From: a virus
Virus record (IMG/VR): IMGVR_UViG_3300031787_000064
Location: 15,662 to 79,661 of that record
DNA: 64,000 nt
Direction: 5' to 3' (one strand)
The notes beneath the pieces were generated by a model. It saw only the letters and a program-made list of their open reading frames with translations. It made no database searches and was not told the DNA's origin. A program made the translations under genes and the position numbers. Positions 1 through 8,492 of this stretch are shown here, in pieces; the stretch's first letter is position 1, and the number at the start of each line of letters is the position of its first letter.

Positions 1-141
1 CTAGAGAGATATTGACACTCTGTAAAACGAAGAAGCAACTAAGTTACTACGAAGTATATTGGCAGATGCACTTGAGAGTTCTTGCCATAGAATCATACAA
101 CGATAATATACAAGGAAGGTTCTATAGAAAGGATCTAGAAT

Positions 142-170
142 AAAAAAACCCCAACGATTAAGTTGAGGTT
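142..170 (-). terminator. Intrinsic terminator
   Basis: Minus-strand AACCTCAAC-TTAATC-GTTGGGGTT hairpin followed by a T-run, downstream of ORF 200..1183. Confidence 0.75.
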
Positions 171-199
171 AATTTATGCATGGGATTTAAGGGGTATTT

Positions 200-1183
200 T
201 TACATTTCAACTCCAGAGGAGGAAACAGTTACTTCTTCTTCGAAAGGTTCACCTGCTTGTTGATCTGCTCCATAGGCAGCATTGTCAGCAGCTGTTACAT
301 TATCACCATCTTCAGCTATAGTAAAGTCTGTAGCAAAGAAGTCAACAATGTCCATTGGATCAAACCCATCATCAACAAGGTCTTTAACAGCTTGTTTAGT
401 TATTGAGCTAGTAGAAAGCATATTGAAGATAGACTTGTCAGATATCATCATATCTCTAGCTTTATCTACTGCATTCTTAATTTTAGGAAGTTGAGCTTCT
501 AATGTTCTATCAATAAGCCCCATCATACGATCAAACTTCTCTTGTTCAGCACTAAAAGCTTCTTTTATTTGTGGAGTGTTTGTTATAGTTAGTGTAATAT
601 AGTCATCTGTACTATCCCACCTATCAATAAAGTCTTTAAGATACTTTTCTTGCTCAGGAGTCTTTTCAATAGAATCGTCATAAAGAAGTTCATCAGCACT
701 CATTTCAGGAAGATTATTTTGCTTCGTCCACTCTTGATACTCTTGTGATAGTTCATCAGTTACAGTATTGTCTACAATATCAATATCAATAGTAGCATTT
801 TTAAGTCTATCATTAATTATGTCAACAATATCTTCAATAGGAGCTAGTCTAAATTCATCGTCTTCCTCTTGTGATTTTACAACATCTTCATCATCAGAAA
901 TATTATCAAGAATCCACTCATAAGCGTCTTCACTAGATTCAGGATCAGATAGATCAAATTTCTTCTTAACTTGGCCATCTACAGCTTCTTCTACAGGAGC
1001 AACTTGATCATACTCACTACCCATACCATCAAGGTGTGGATCAGGTCCTTTGTAAGGAATTTCAGTATCTAACTGCTCTTCTGATTCTTCTTTTAGAGGA
1101 TTCAGATCAACATAAGGTTGGAACATACTAAATGGACCTTGATAGTTTTCTTTAAGGTATTTAGCGAGGTTAAAGTCTTTCAT
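200..1183 (-). CDS. Acidic hypothetical protein, probable virion-internal protein
   Basis: 327 aa, very D/E-rich; N-terminal MKDFNLAKYLKEN motif shared with the neighbouring ORF. Confidence 0.55.
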   Translation of the reverse strand: MKDFNLAKYLKENYQGPFSMFQPYVDLNPLKEESEEQLDTEIPYKGPDPHLDGMGSEYDQVAPVEEAVDGQVKKKFDLSDPESSEDAYEWILDNISDDEDVVKSQEEDDEFRLAPIEDIVDIINDRLKNATIDIDIVDNTVTDELSQEYQEWTKQNNLPEMSADELLYDDSIEKTPEQEKYLKDFIDRWDSTDDYITLTITNTPQIKEAFSAEQEKFDRMMGLIDRTLEAQLPKIKNAVDKARDMMISDKSIFNMLSTSSITKQAVKDLVDDGFDPMDIVDFFATDFTIAEDGDNVTAADNAAYGADQQAGEPFEEEVTVSSSGVEM

Positions 1184-1194
1184 GTGATTATTTT

Positions 1195-1491
1195 TTATTT
1201 CATGTTTTTTGCTGCTTTTATCACCGCTCTTACATAGTGAAGTATGTCTCCTTCAGAATATCCACCTCTAACTAAACTAACTACAGCGTTTTTAATACGA
1301 GGACCTTGATATCCACCGAATACATCGTATCCCGGCTTATCATCTATACCTGGAAGTTCATACTTTTTATCATAAGGATCATTTCCAGTATACTGGTTAC
1401 TTTCTTGCGTTTGTCCAAATTTATCTGAATCATAGGACTCGCGCATCAAAGTTTTATTGCGTAAATATGCTTTTAAATTAAAATCTTTCAC
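1195..1491 (-). CDS. Hypothetical protein with a KDFNL N-terminal motif (probable GTG start at 1491)
   Basis: VKDFNLKAYLRNKTLMRES parallels the start of 200..1183; a GTG start removes the overlap with the upstream ORF. Confidence 0.55.
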   Translation of the reverse strand: MKDFNLKAYLRNKTLMRESYDSDKFGQTQESNQYTGNDPYDKKYELPGIDDKPGYDVFGGYQGPRIKNAVVSLVRGGYSEGDILHYVRAVIKAAKNMK

Positions 1492-1495
1492 GCGA

Positions 1496-1756
1496 TTATT
1501 TTTTAATGCCTGCGGCTCTTTGTAATTGTGCAACTTCTTCCATTTGCTCAGTAGAATCTTCTATAACGTCAGCTCCATACATACCTCCAGGACCAAATCC
1601 AAAGTCAGTAGGATTTTCGATCTTAGCTAGATATACTGTATCTTCTTCAAAAGCATCCTCTTTAAACTTATCAAAAACTTTTCTAGCAGCTTCTTCAGTA
1701 GCATGAATGGAGTATCTATTATCTCCATCAGGATTTGCATGTATTACAATGAACAT
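1496..1756 (-). CDS. Hypothetical protein
   Basis: Preceded by the ATATTTATT motif (1778-1786); ends in LQRAAGIKK, similar to LKKTAGLLKE in ORF 7076. Confidence 0.55.
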   Translation of the reverse strand: MFIVIHANPDGDNRYSIHATEEAARKVFDKFKEDAFEEDTVYLAKIENPTDFGFGPGGMYGADVIEDSTEQMEEVAQLQRAAGIKK

Positions 1757-1791
1757 AATTAAATAAATTTATACACTAATAAATATCGATC

Positions 1792-2073
1792 TTACTTAAA
1801 TAAACCTTTGATACCGATCCATAGAAGTGTGATAGGAGTTATGATAATAGCAGATATAAGACCACTAAATGCAAGAACAAGTCCTATACAAAGAAACAAT
1901 CCTATAGAGGTACCAATCACTTGAGCAGATAATTCACTATTGAAAGGTAGTATTGCTATACCTAGAAAGAACAGTCCAAGCAAGATCAAAAATATATACA
2001 ATACCTTTTCAACAAATTTGACTAGTAAGAAAGAAACTACCAGTGATAATATGATTAATGAAGTAATTAGCAT
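1792..2073 (-). CDS. Small membrane protein (about 3 TM)
   Basis: Almost entirely hydrophobic, 93 aa. Confidence 0.6.
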   Translation of the reverse strand: MLITSLIILSLVVSFLLVKFVEKVLYIFLILLGLFFLGIAILPFNSELSAQVIGTSIGLFLCIGLVLAFSGLISAIIITPITLLWIGIKGLFK

Positions 2074-2122
2074 AAAAAAGGATTTTTTCCGTTAGAGGGC
2101 CTATTTTACAATATATACAAAT

Positions 2123-2614
2123 TTATTTACCGAAGTCTTTAGGAGTCACAGTAAGCTTGTCACCTATTTCTTTGATAACTTTTATGGCAGTATTAGAATC
2201 AATTTCAAAGCCTTCACGTTTTGGGTTGACACGGTAGCCTAGGTCTTCAAGGTGTTTGTGCACAGCCTTTTCTAAAACAAGGCTATTGATGCACTTGTAT
2301 TTGAATACAGCGAACCAAGGAGTAATAACTCCTGTTGCACTATTGATTTCTTTCACACGTTGAGGGACAGACGTAGTAGTCATACCGATCTTACAAATAC
2401 CAGGCATACTCTTATTGACTAATACATATACCCATTCTGGCTTCTTTGGGCTAAGGCTAGGATCAAGGATACCTTCACCATAATAGGTAACGTCTTGCCA
2501 ACCAGGCTCACCAGAATCGGTCAGGGTAAAGGCCACGGCCTTTTCCATCTTACGAGGGTCGTCACCTGTTAACTTGACGTAGAAGTGGGTCTCGTTAGCA
2601 GTTATTCTTATCAT
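2123..2614 (-). CDS. T5orf172/MUG113 GIY-YIG-like domain protein
   Basis: WVYVLVNKSMPGICKIGMTT...RVKEIN...LEKAVH...REGF pattern; likely start MIRIT at 2614. Confidence 0.8.
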   Translation of the reverse strand: MIRITANETHFYVKLTGDDPRKMEKAVAFTLTDSGEPGWQDVTYYGEGILDPSLSPKKPEWVYVLVNKSMPGICKIGMTTTSVPQRVKEINSATGVITPWFAVFKYKCINSLVLEKAVHKHLEDLGYRVNPKREGFEIDSNTAIKVIKEIGDKLTVTPKDFGK

Positions 2615-3288
2615 AGATAACGCCAGTTTCGTCAAATACTTTAACTACAGGGTTTTTGGTACAACACTCTTTAGCTACTACGGCCAAAGCATATTGTTTA
2701 GGATACTTGACCAATTTATGAGTAGTAGTATAAGTACCATCTTTAAATAAGAATGTAAGTCTACTACCACCAGGCTTACGTGTTAATGGATGAACCTGGA
2801 AATTTACGGATTTACTTTTTTGGAAGAATTGCATATTTCTGAAAGTTTAGATTTTAGTTTTTACGATTTTTTAGTAAATTTCTGTATACGGATTTATAAG
2901 TTTACTTTATTAACTACCTTTTTTTTGGTCTTAGGCTTCTTGAGTCTATCAAGGCTAGATATAGCAGTCTCTAATGAAGCAAATACATTAGGGTACGTTG
3001 AATTGTATATATTAGCATCTATCCATATAAGACCTAGGAGTTTAACCTGTACTTCGTACCACTTATAGGTACCTTTTGTTACTTCGAGGATTCTGGTTGT
3101 CATATTTAAAACTTTTTTGCATGATTATAAAATGAATGGCCAATTGCCAATAGAGATACTAAGGCTATCAACTTGACTTGTACCATATAAGAATACTGAT
3201 CTATCAATAACACTATGAATGAAATTCCTAATAGGCACAAGATAACGATACATGCTACGACGAATGCTTCTATGTTAAAACCTTTCAT
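2595..3288 (-). other. Three small hypothetical CDSs (2595-2834, 2894-3103, 3106-3288; the last is a membrane protein)
   Basis: ORF track, co-oriented, tightly packed. Confidence 0.55.
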
Positions 3289-3407
3289 GTTATTTACGTA
3301 TTTACAAATTAGATAAGATTGGAAAATTCCCGGGTGTTAGTGGCCAGTCAACGCGGGCCTCCCTGCTAGGGGCCCCCTATCTACCACAATTAGCCCTTTT
3401 GTGGAGC

Positions 3408-3458
3408 GCTAGCAAGGTGCTAACATGATGCTAACACCCTACTAACATACCACTAGCA
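3408..3458. repeat. Five phased RCTARCA heptamers at exact 11-bp period
   Basis: gctagca 3408, gctaaca 3419, gctaaca 3430, actaaca 3441, actagca 3452; inverted copy tgttagt at 3335. Confidence 0.85.
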
Positions 3459-3460
3459 GC

Positions 3461-4276
3461 TTAGTGCGCGTAAGCGTCAGCCAACTGCCAAAGATCTTGG
3501 TTCAACGTAAAGTCTTCAATAGGGTTCTTGATAGCCCTAGCTTGACGGTTATTCAGTTGAAAGCCACCTTTGATCAGGTTCTCTTGAACCACGTTATAGG
3601 TCTTCCATAAGGTATTGCCTTCATCAGCCTTACGCTTAGGGTTCAACATATCTAAGATCTCATACTGTTCAGGCTTTCTATCTGTAGACAGTCTTAATGC
3701 CAATGCTTCTACAGCAAAGTTATATCTGTCTTTATCTGACATTTCTTTCATATTCCATTGACTGATCTTACTAACCACGTTCTTAAGACCATCTACCTTT
3801 TGGCTGATCAGGTCTTTAACACCTTGGAAAGACAGCTTAGTGTGACGCTCTCTAAACGATCCCATGTCTTGGTCTTTGATCACCAGACCATTCTCACATA
3901 CAAGACGGAATAGACCCATCTCAAATTGAATAGGACGTGTACCGTCATGAGAGTTAATCAATACAACCTCAGGCCTTGCTTCAACGTCTCCTTCAGGGTT
4001 CTTGATAAACAGTTCAGGGTGTTGGAACTTAACGATATGGATACCCCAGTTCTTACGTAGGTCTACGTTAGATGAGGATTGGCGTACACCTGTCAAGGCA
4101 TAGCCCATGTCCTTCATATAGTCAACGACTTCGAAGGTCGGGGTGAATGAGTACTTAGGACTCTTGATTGTTGGAGCAGGACTAGTTGCAAAGATAGCCG
4201 GAGCTGTACGCTTTGCTTCGTCCATAGAGATAGAGGTAATAATACCTTGCTTGAAGTTGTTTCCTGATTTTGACAT
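3461..4276 (-). CDS. DUF932/DUF945-family phage protein
   Basis: PEVVLINSHDG...GLFRLVCENGLV...TLWKTYNVVQENLIKGG motifs. Confidence 0.85.
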   Translation of the reverse strand: MSKSGNNFKQGIITSISMDEAKRTAPAIFATSPAPTIKSPKYSFTPTFEVVDYMKDMGYALTGVRQSSSNVDLRKNWGIHIVKFQHPELFIKNPEGDVEARPEVVLINSHDGTRPIQFEMGLFRLVCENGLVIKDQDMGSFRERHTKLSFQGVKDLISQKVDGLKNVVSKISQWNMKEMSDKDRYNFAVEALALRLSTDRKPEQYEILDMLNPKRKADEGNTLWKTYNVVQENLIKGGFQLNNRQARAIKNPIEDFTLNQDLWQLADAYAH

Positions 4277-4296
4277 AACCTTTATTTTTATTTGAT

Positions 4297-4313
4297 TAAA
4301 TTTAAGACAATTA
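4297..4313 (-). promoter_or_regulatory. Putative promoter 17-mer, identical copy at 10657-10673
   Basis: taaatttaagacaatta occurs twice; the minus strand ends in TAAATTTA, resembling the Bacteroidota -7 element TAnnTTTG. Confidence 0.55.
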
Positions 4314-4409
4314 CTTGATGTTAAAAAATTAAACTTTTAAGTGAACAGTATGAATGATAAAGCCCAGAGTAAATACTCCAGGCTTTGACCAATCATTGGT
4401 TGGATCTAA

Positions 4410-4646
4410 TTAGAAGCTAGAAAGCTTAACGGCGTTAGATACACGACCACGAGTCATATCGTAGGCTTCGTTCACGATACGCTCATTGAAATACTTACCA
4501 CTAATAACGTCAGAAACGTGAGTAGTAGAGAAGCCAGTGGTGTCGGCAACACGAGTGATGTCACCATTACGGAGTTTGCGATTGATGCGGCTAACTTTCT
4601 GAGTGTAGCTGAGTTTAGCATAGCTGCTAGGGCGGTTACTGTTCAT
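4410..4646 (-). CDS. Small HTH DNA-binding protein
   Basis: ITRVADTTGFSTTHVSDVISG helix-turn-helix pattern. Confidence 0.7.
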   Translation of the reverse strand: MNSNRPSSYAKLSYTQKVSRINRKLRNGDITRVADTTGFSTTHVSDVISGKYFNERIVNEAYDMTRGRVSNAVKLSSF

Positions 4647-4721
4647 AACTGTTTGTTTTTGTTTTTAATTGTTTAACAATATAAATATAAGACTATTTTA
4701 CGAACCTGGTACAGTGGATCT

Positions 4722-5612
4722 TTATAGTTTACCACTATTTTCTATACGTACAACCCACAGACTCATAACGTTCTCAAGACACTCCATAGCAGTATCTACC
4801 ACCTCATCTGATTCTAGATCTACAGAGTCAAGTTCAATTCTATTGCCACTAAGACTGAACTCGGCTGTGCTGATATCAATGAACCTATCAGATCCACTAT
4901 GGCCTTCGAAGTTGGCTTCAAGCCTATCACGGACAGCATCTAAGAATCCATCATAGTTAATTTCGTCAACCAAGATCTTACTACCCGCAAGGATATTTGT
5001 AGGAGACTCCACGTGCTTAATCATGCCAACAAGGCTTGACAAAGAATAATGAACACCATCAATCTTTACAAACGTATTGATCTGAGATATAGCATCATAG
5101 ATAGCTTCTCTAGAAGGAGAAGGCTGTTGAACGGCAATAGTAACAGCATCAAAGCATGACGATAATACTGGGTATTCAACACCTTCAGTAGGATCAAGGA
5201 TCCACTCTCCAGCACTATTACATACGGCAGGCTTTACTGTTATATACTCACGGCCTTCAGAAGAATAGCCAATCTTTGTAACAATACCATACCAACCTTC
5301 AACGGTCTTGCCATATCTGTTAGCGCCTGCATTACCTACAACGACGTCTCCTACTTTAAATGATCCAGGCTTTTCAACAACAATACTAACAGGATCAAAG
5401 CATGAAGCCAATACTTGGTATTGAGCCTGATCTTTAGGATCAACGATCCACTCATTAACACCAATACTTATGGCTGGCTTAACCGTTATATACTCACGAG
5501 CACCAGCAGCATCAACTTCTGTAACAATACCATACCAACCTTCGATGGTAACATTATACTTGTTAGCACCAGGATTACCTACAACCACATCGGACACATT
5601 AAACTTACTCAT
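4722..5612 (-). CDS. Hypothetical protein with two tandem ~80-aa N-terminal repeats
   Basis: F.V.DVVVGN.GAN.Y..T.EGWYGIVT...REYITVKPA...EWI.DP...Y.VL.SCFD occurs twice. Confidence 0.7.
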   Translation of the reverse strand: MSKFNVSDVVVGNPGANKYNVTIEGWYGIVTEVDAAGAREYITVKPAISIGVNEWIVDPKDQAQYQVLASCFDPVSIVVEKPGSFKVGDVVVGNAGANRYGKTVEGWYGIVTKIGYSSEGREYITVKPAVCNSAGEWILDPTEGVEYPVLSSCFDAVTIAVQQPSPSREAIYDAISQINTFVKIDGVHYSLSSLVGMIKHVESPTNILAGSKILVDEINYDGFLDAVRDRLEANFEGHSGSDRFIDISTAEFSLSGNRIELDSVDLESDEVVDTAMECLENVMSLWVVRIENSGKL

Positions 5613-5655
5613 AACTTTTATTGTTTTAAAATGATTAATAATATATAGAAAAGAA

Positions 5656-5964
5656 TTACTTCAACAAGTACTTAGCCACACAGATAAGCCCTTTGGCCTC
5701 AAGATCATTCTTGATCTCGGAATGGAACTTCTTAGGAAACTTACCCAACTTAACCGGGTATTCACTCAACACCTGGTTAATGGTCTTAGCCTCTGACTTA
5801 AAGATAGCCAAAAACTTACTAGCCTCGTTCAAGGCTTTACGACTCTTACACACGATCTGGTGGGTCTTGCCCATAAAGTCTGTATACTGTACAGTCACGT
5901 TGAAACGGACGTTATTACTCATTTTAGAGGCGGCAAAATTCACGGTAGGATTGTCTTGGAACAT
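5656..5964 (-). CDS. Hypothetical early protein
   Basis: First ORF downstream of promoter cassette 1. Confidence 0.6.
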   Translation of the reverse strand: MFQDNPTVNFAASKMSNNVRFNVTVQYTDFMGKTHQIVCKSRKALNEASKFLAIFKSEAKTINQVLSEYPVKLGKFPKKFHSEIKNDLEAKGLICVAKYLLK

Positions 5965-5984
5965 AGTAGTTATTTAAATGTTAT

Positions 5985-6163
5985 AAGTAAATATACTACA
6001 ATCTTTTGACACAAAAAAATCTGGAGTCAACTATTTTGAAAATTCTCTATTGATAATCAATCAGTTATGCAAGCCCTTGGAAGCCAATCAGTTATAAGTC
6101 GTTGGTAATCAAACTGTTATATACGTAAATATGCTTTCTAAGTAATTGACTGTCAACTAGTTG
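5985..6163 (-). promoter_or_regulatory. Promoter cassette 1 with tandem IHF-consensus sites
   Basis: GTATATTTAC box, conserved AACTATTTT(G/A)AAAATT block, WATCAANNNNTTR matches or near-matches at 6055, 6082, 6107, 6151. Confidence 0.75.
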
Positions 6164-6220
6164 TGCGCCGCCGGCGAGACCTGGCCCTAGAACCTGGCTA
6201 CCCTTTCCTATATATAAACT

Positions 6221-6260
6221 AACACAAATTGACACAAAATAACACTTTCTAACACTTTAT
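6221..6260. repeat. Four (A/G)ACAC units at 10-bp period
   Basis: aacacaaatt gacacaaaat aacactttct aacactttat. Confidence 0.7.
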
Positions 6261-6370
6261 TTATGGATACACATATTTTTTTAGTACCTATTCTTTATAG
6301 TAATAGGCTTCCGCCTATCTTATTTGTATGTTTCCAGTTTAAATCCATACCCAGACTTATACCCACAGTA

Positions 6371-6574
6371 TCAATTTTGGCACATTTCTACCAGCATCTT
6401 CTCCATTCTATCATATAGATCTTTGTCTTCTATCTTATCTCTCAGGCTTATAAAGTAGTCTACCTTGTCTATCAGGTTCTTTACCTTTTGACAGTGTTCA
6501 TATTCTTCTATCTCTACCAGCTTATTTAGACTAGTATTTAATCTATCCTTTATATTCTGGATATTACTATTCAT
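6371..6574 (-). CDS. Small protein with a UVR (UvrB/C)-like motif
   Basis: LNKLVEIEEYEHCQKVKNLI resembles L..A...E.YE.AA..RD.I. Confidence 0.5.
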   Translation of the reverse strand: MNSNIQNIKDRLNTSLNKLVEIEEYEHCQKVKNLIDKVDYFISLRDKIEDKDLYDRMEKMLVEMCQN

Positions 6575-6596
6575 TTCTATTTCTTTCTCAGGTGTT

Positions 6597-7076
6597 TTAC
6601 TTCAACTTAATGCTGGTCATTTCATACCCTCTTCTAGAGTCTGTAGTTACCTCAGCATTAGGCAGGTGCTTCTGTATGTACTTGATATACAAACTGAGTC
6701 TTGCATTAGACTCTTTATTCTTTCCTTTGGTAGTTTCAAACTGTAAGTACTTGATATTAGGATTCTTTTTGATCAAGTCTTTAAGCACCTCTACAATTGT
6801 AGCCATGATATTAAATAGGTCTCCTTTTGATGGCACAGCATCAAAGTTCGTGAAGCCCATATCATCTTCATCTGGCTCAACAATCCCAAACTGTACAAAA
6901 GCTGAGTCACGTTCTTCATCTCCTTCTAGAACCTCTATCTCTACTTTATAGTAAAAGCCTGTCTTGGTCTGGAACATGTATTCTTTATAGTCTTCATGGT
7001 CCGCTGTCATCTTCCAATCATACGGCCTAGACGTAGCTTCTCCTACCTCTCTAAGTAGATCAATTAGCTTCACCAT
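6597..7076 (-). CDS. Probable virion-internal protein, paralog of 62038..62565
   Basis: MVKLIDLLREVGE leader; shared I..T.......K.NP....L.F...R/K..LY core. Confidence 0.6.
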   Translation of the reverse strand: MVKLIDLLREVGEATSRPYDWKMTADHEDYKEYMFQTKTGFYYKVEIEVLEGDEERDSAFVQFGIVEPDEDDMGFTNFDAVPSKGDLFNIMATIVEVLKDLIKKNPNIKYLQFETTKGKNKESNARLSLYIKYIQKHLPNAEVTTDSRRGYEMTSIKLK

Positions 7077-7351
7077 TAGTTATTGATTAAGTACTCTGCA
7101 AATCCTTTTATGCTTCCTGCTTCTGGAAAGTACTGCATCATCCTTTCTTCTGATGCTACATTCATTTCCAAGAACTCTACAAGACCATCAACGTCTTTGG
7201 CCTGGATTAGACTGTAGTACTCATCAAAAGAAGCATTGTCGTCCATGAACTTGTCCATGTTCCATTGGGCTTCGGCGTAAGCTCTGTCTTCTGATTCTTT
7301 CAAAAGACCTGCGGTCTTCTTTAACTGTAGTTGTTCTATAAGTTGCTTCAT
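7076..7351 (-). CDS. Hypothetical late protein (start MKQLIEQ)
   Basis: ATATTTATT motif at 7363-7371 immediately upstream; LKKTAGLLKE leader. Confidence 0.55.
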   Translation of the reverse strand: MKQLIEQLQLKKTAGLLKESEDRAYAEAQWNMDKFMDDNASFDEYYSLIQAKDVDGLVEFLEMNVASEERMMQYFPEAGSIKGFAEYLINN

Positions 7352-7509
7352 CTTTCTTTTAGAATAAATATCTAGCCACATTCTTTGTCTTTATGTACTG
7401 ACAAATCCACACTAATCCAAATCTTTAGTCTGGTCCCACACGTCTAGTAGTGCCCAAAGTGCAAAGGCACAAGCACCAACCCATATAACCAAGAATAATA
7501 ATAGGTCTA

Positions 7510-8085
7510 TCATTTTATTTCTCCTCCATCCATTTTATTAGGGTATACCTTTATATCGTCGTCATAGAAGTTTCTGACACTACCGTTCTCGTATAGCACA
7601 ACCTTCCATACCGTATTAACTTGGCTTCCATAGTCTATCCATGCTATGGCCTTGCCGTAGCCTAAAGGTGTTTCTACGTCTATTGTGTTTCTTAGTTCGT
7701 GTATCATAGGTTAACTAAATATCTTTTCTTTTTCTTTTAAAGCCACAACTTCACTATAAAACCAAATCTTTCTATTTTGCAAGTAAGACTCAAAGTTATC
7801 GACCAACTTTCTCACACTCTCCATGTCCTTGTCTTGTTTGTTGAACACTCCATAGAAATTACACTTGATCATGACAGTTTCACGGCCTTTAAACAACTCT
7901 TCTACATAAGACTGAAAAAGCCCTTCTTGTTTCCAATCATGAAGAATATTCTCAAACTCGGAGTCATACTCTGAGTGCCTGTGAGTCTTCTCTAAAAACG
8001 TACACAACTCTGCCATATCACTAGGTATTACCAAAGCTATTAAATACCAATCTGCTTTCTTTTCAAGGTCCCAAATTAGTCTCAT
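7510..8085 (-). other. Two small hypothetical CDSs (7510-7707, 7711-8085)
   Basis: ORF track. Confidence 0.55.
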
Positions 8086-8213
8086 ACTCTTTTGTTTTTG
8101 GATAAGGTTGATACTTAGCTCTTAACTCTTAACTAGCCAAATGGCTTACTGGATAACATATTTGTATTTACAAGGTTTTTGGCCCCCTTCGCGAAACCCC
8201 AACCCCGCGCTCG

Positions 8214-8423
8214 TTACCACCTCAACACGATCGTCTCACCCGTGTTATGTGTAGGCATATAGAACTGCATCTTGTGTTCTCTTAAAACCTTGTGAGTCAG
8301 TTCTTTCATTCTGTCCGAATTACCGGTTATGATCTTCAAAGGAGGTTCATTCATTAGAACCCAATTCTCTACCACGTCTTGAACGTCGTAGTGTGATACT
8401 CCATGTAGGTCTAGTTGTTTCAT
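8214..8423 (-). CDS. Stand-alone Smr (small MutS-related) domain protein
   Basis: LDLHG...LKIITGNS...HNTGETIV signature of Smr domains. Confidence 0.75.
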   Translation of the reverse strand: MKQLDLHGVSHYDVQDVVENWVLMNEPPLKIITGNSDRMKELTHKVLREHKMQFYMPTHNTGETIVLRW

Positions 8424-8492
8424 GATATTATTGACATTATGATAAAAAATCCTACCATACTAACAGTAATAACTATGGTCCAAATATTGTCT

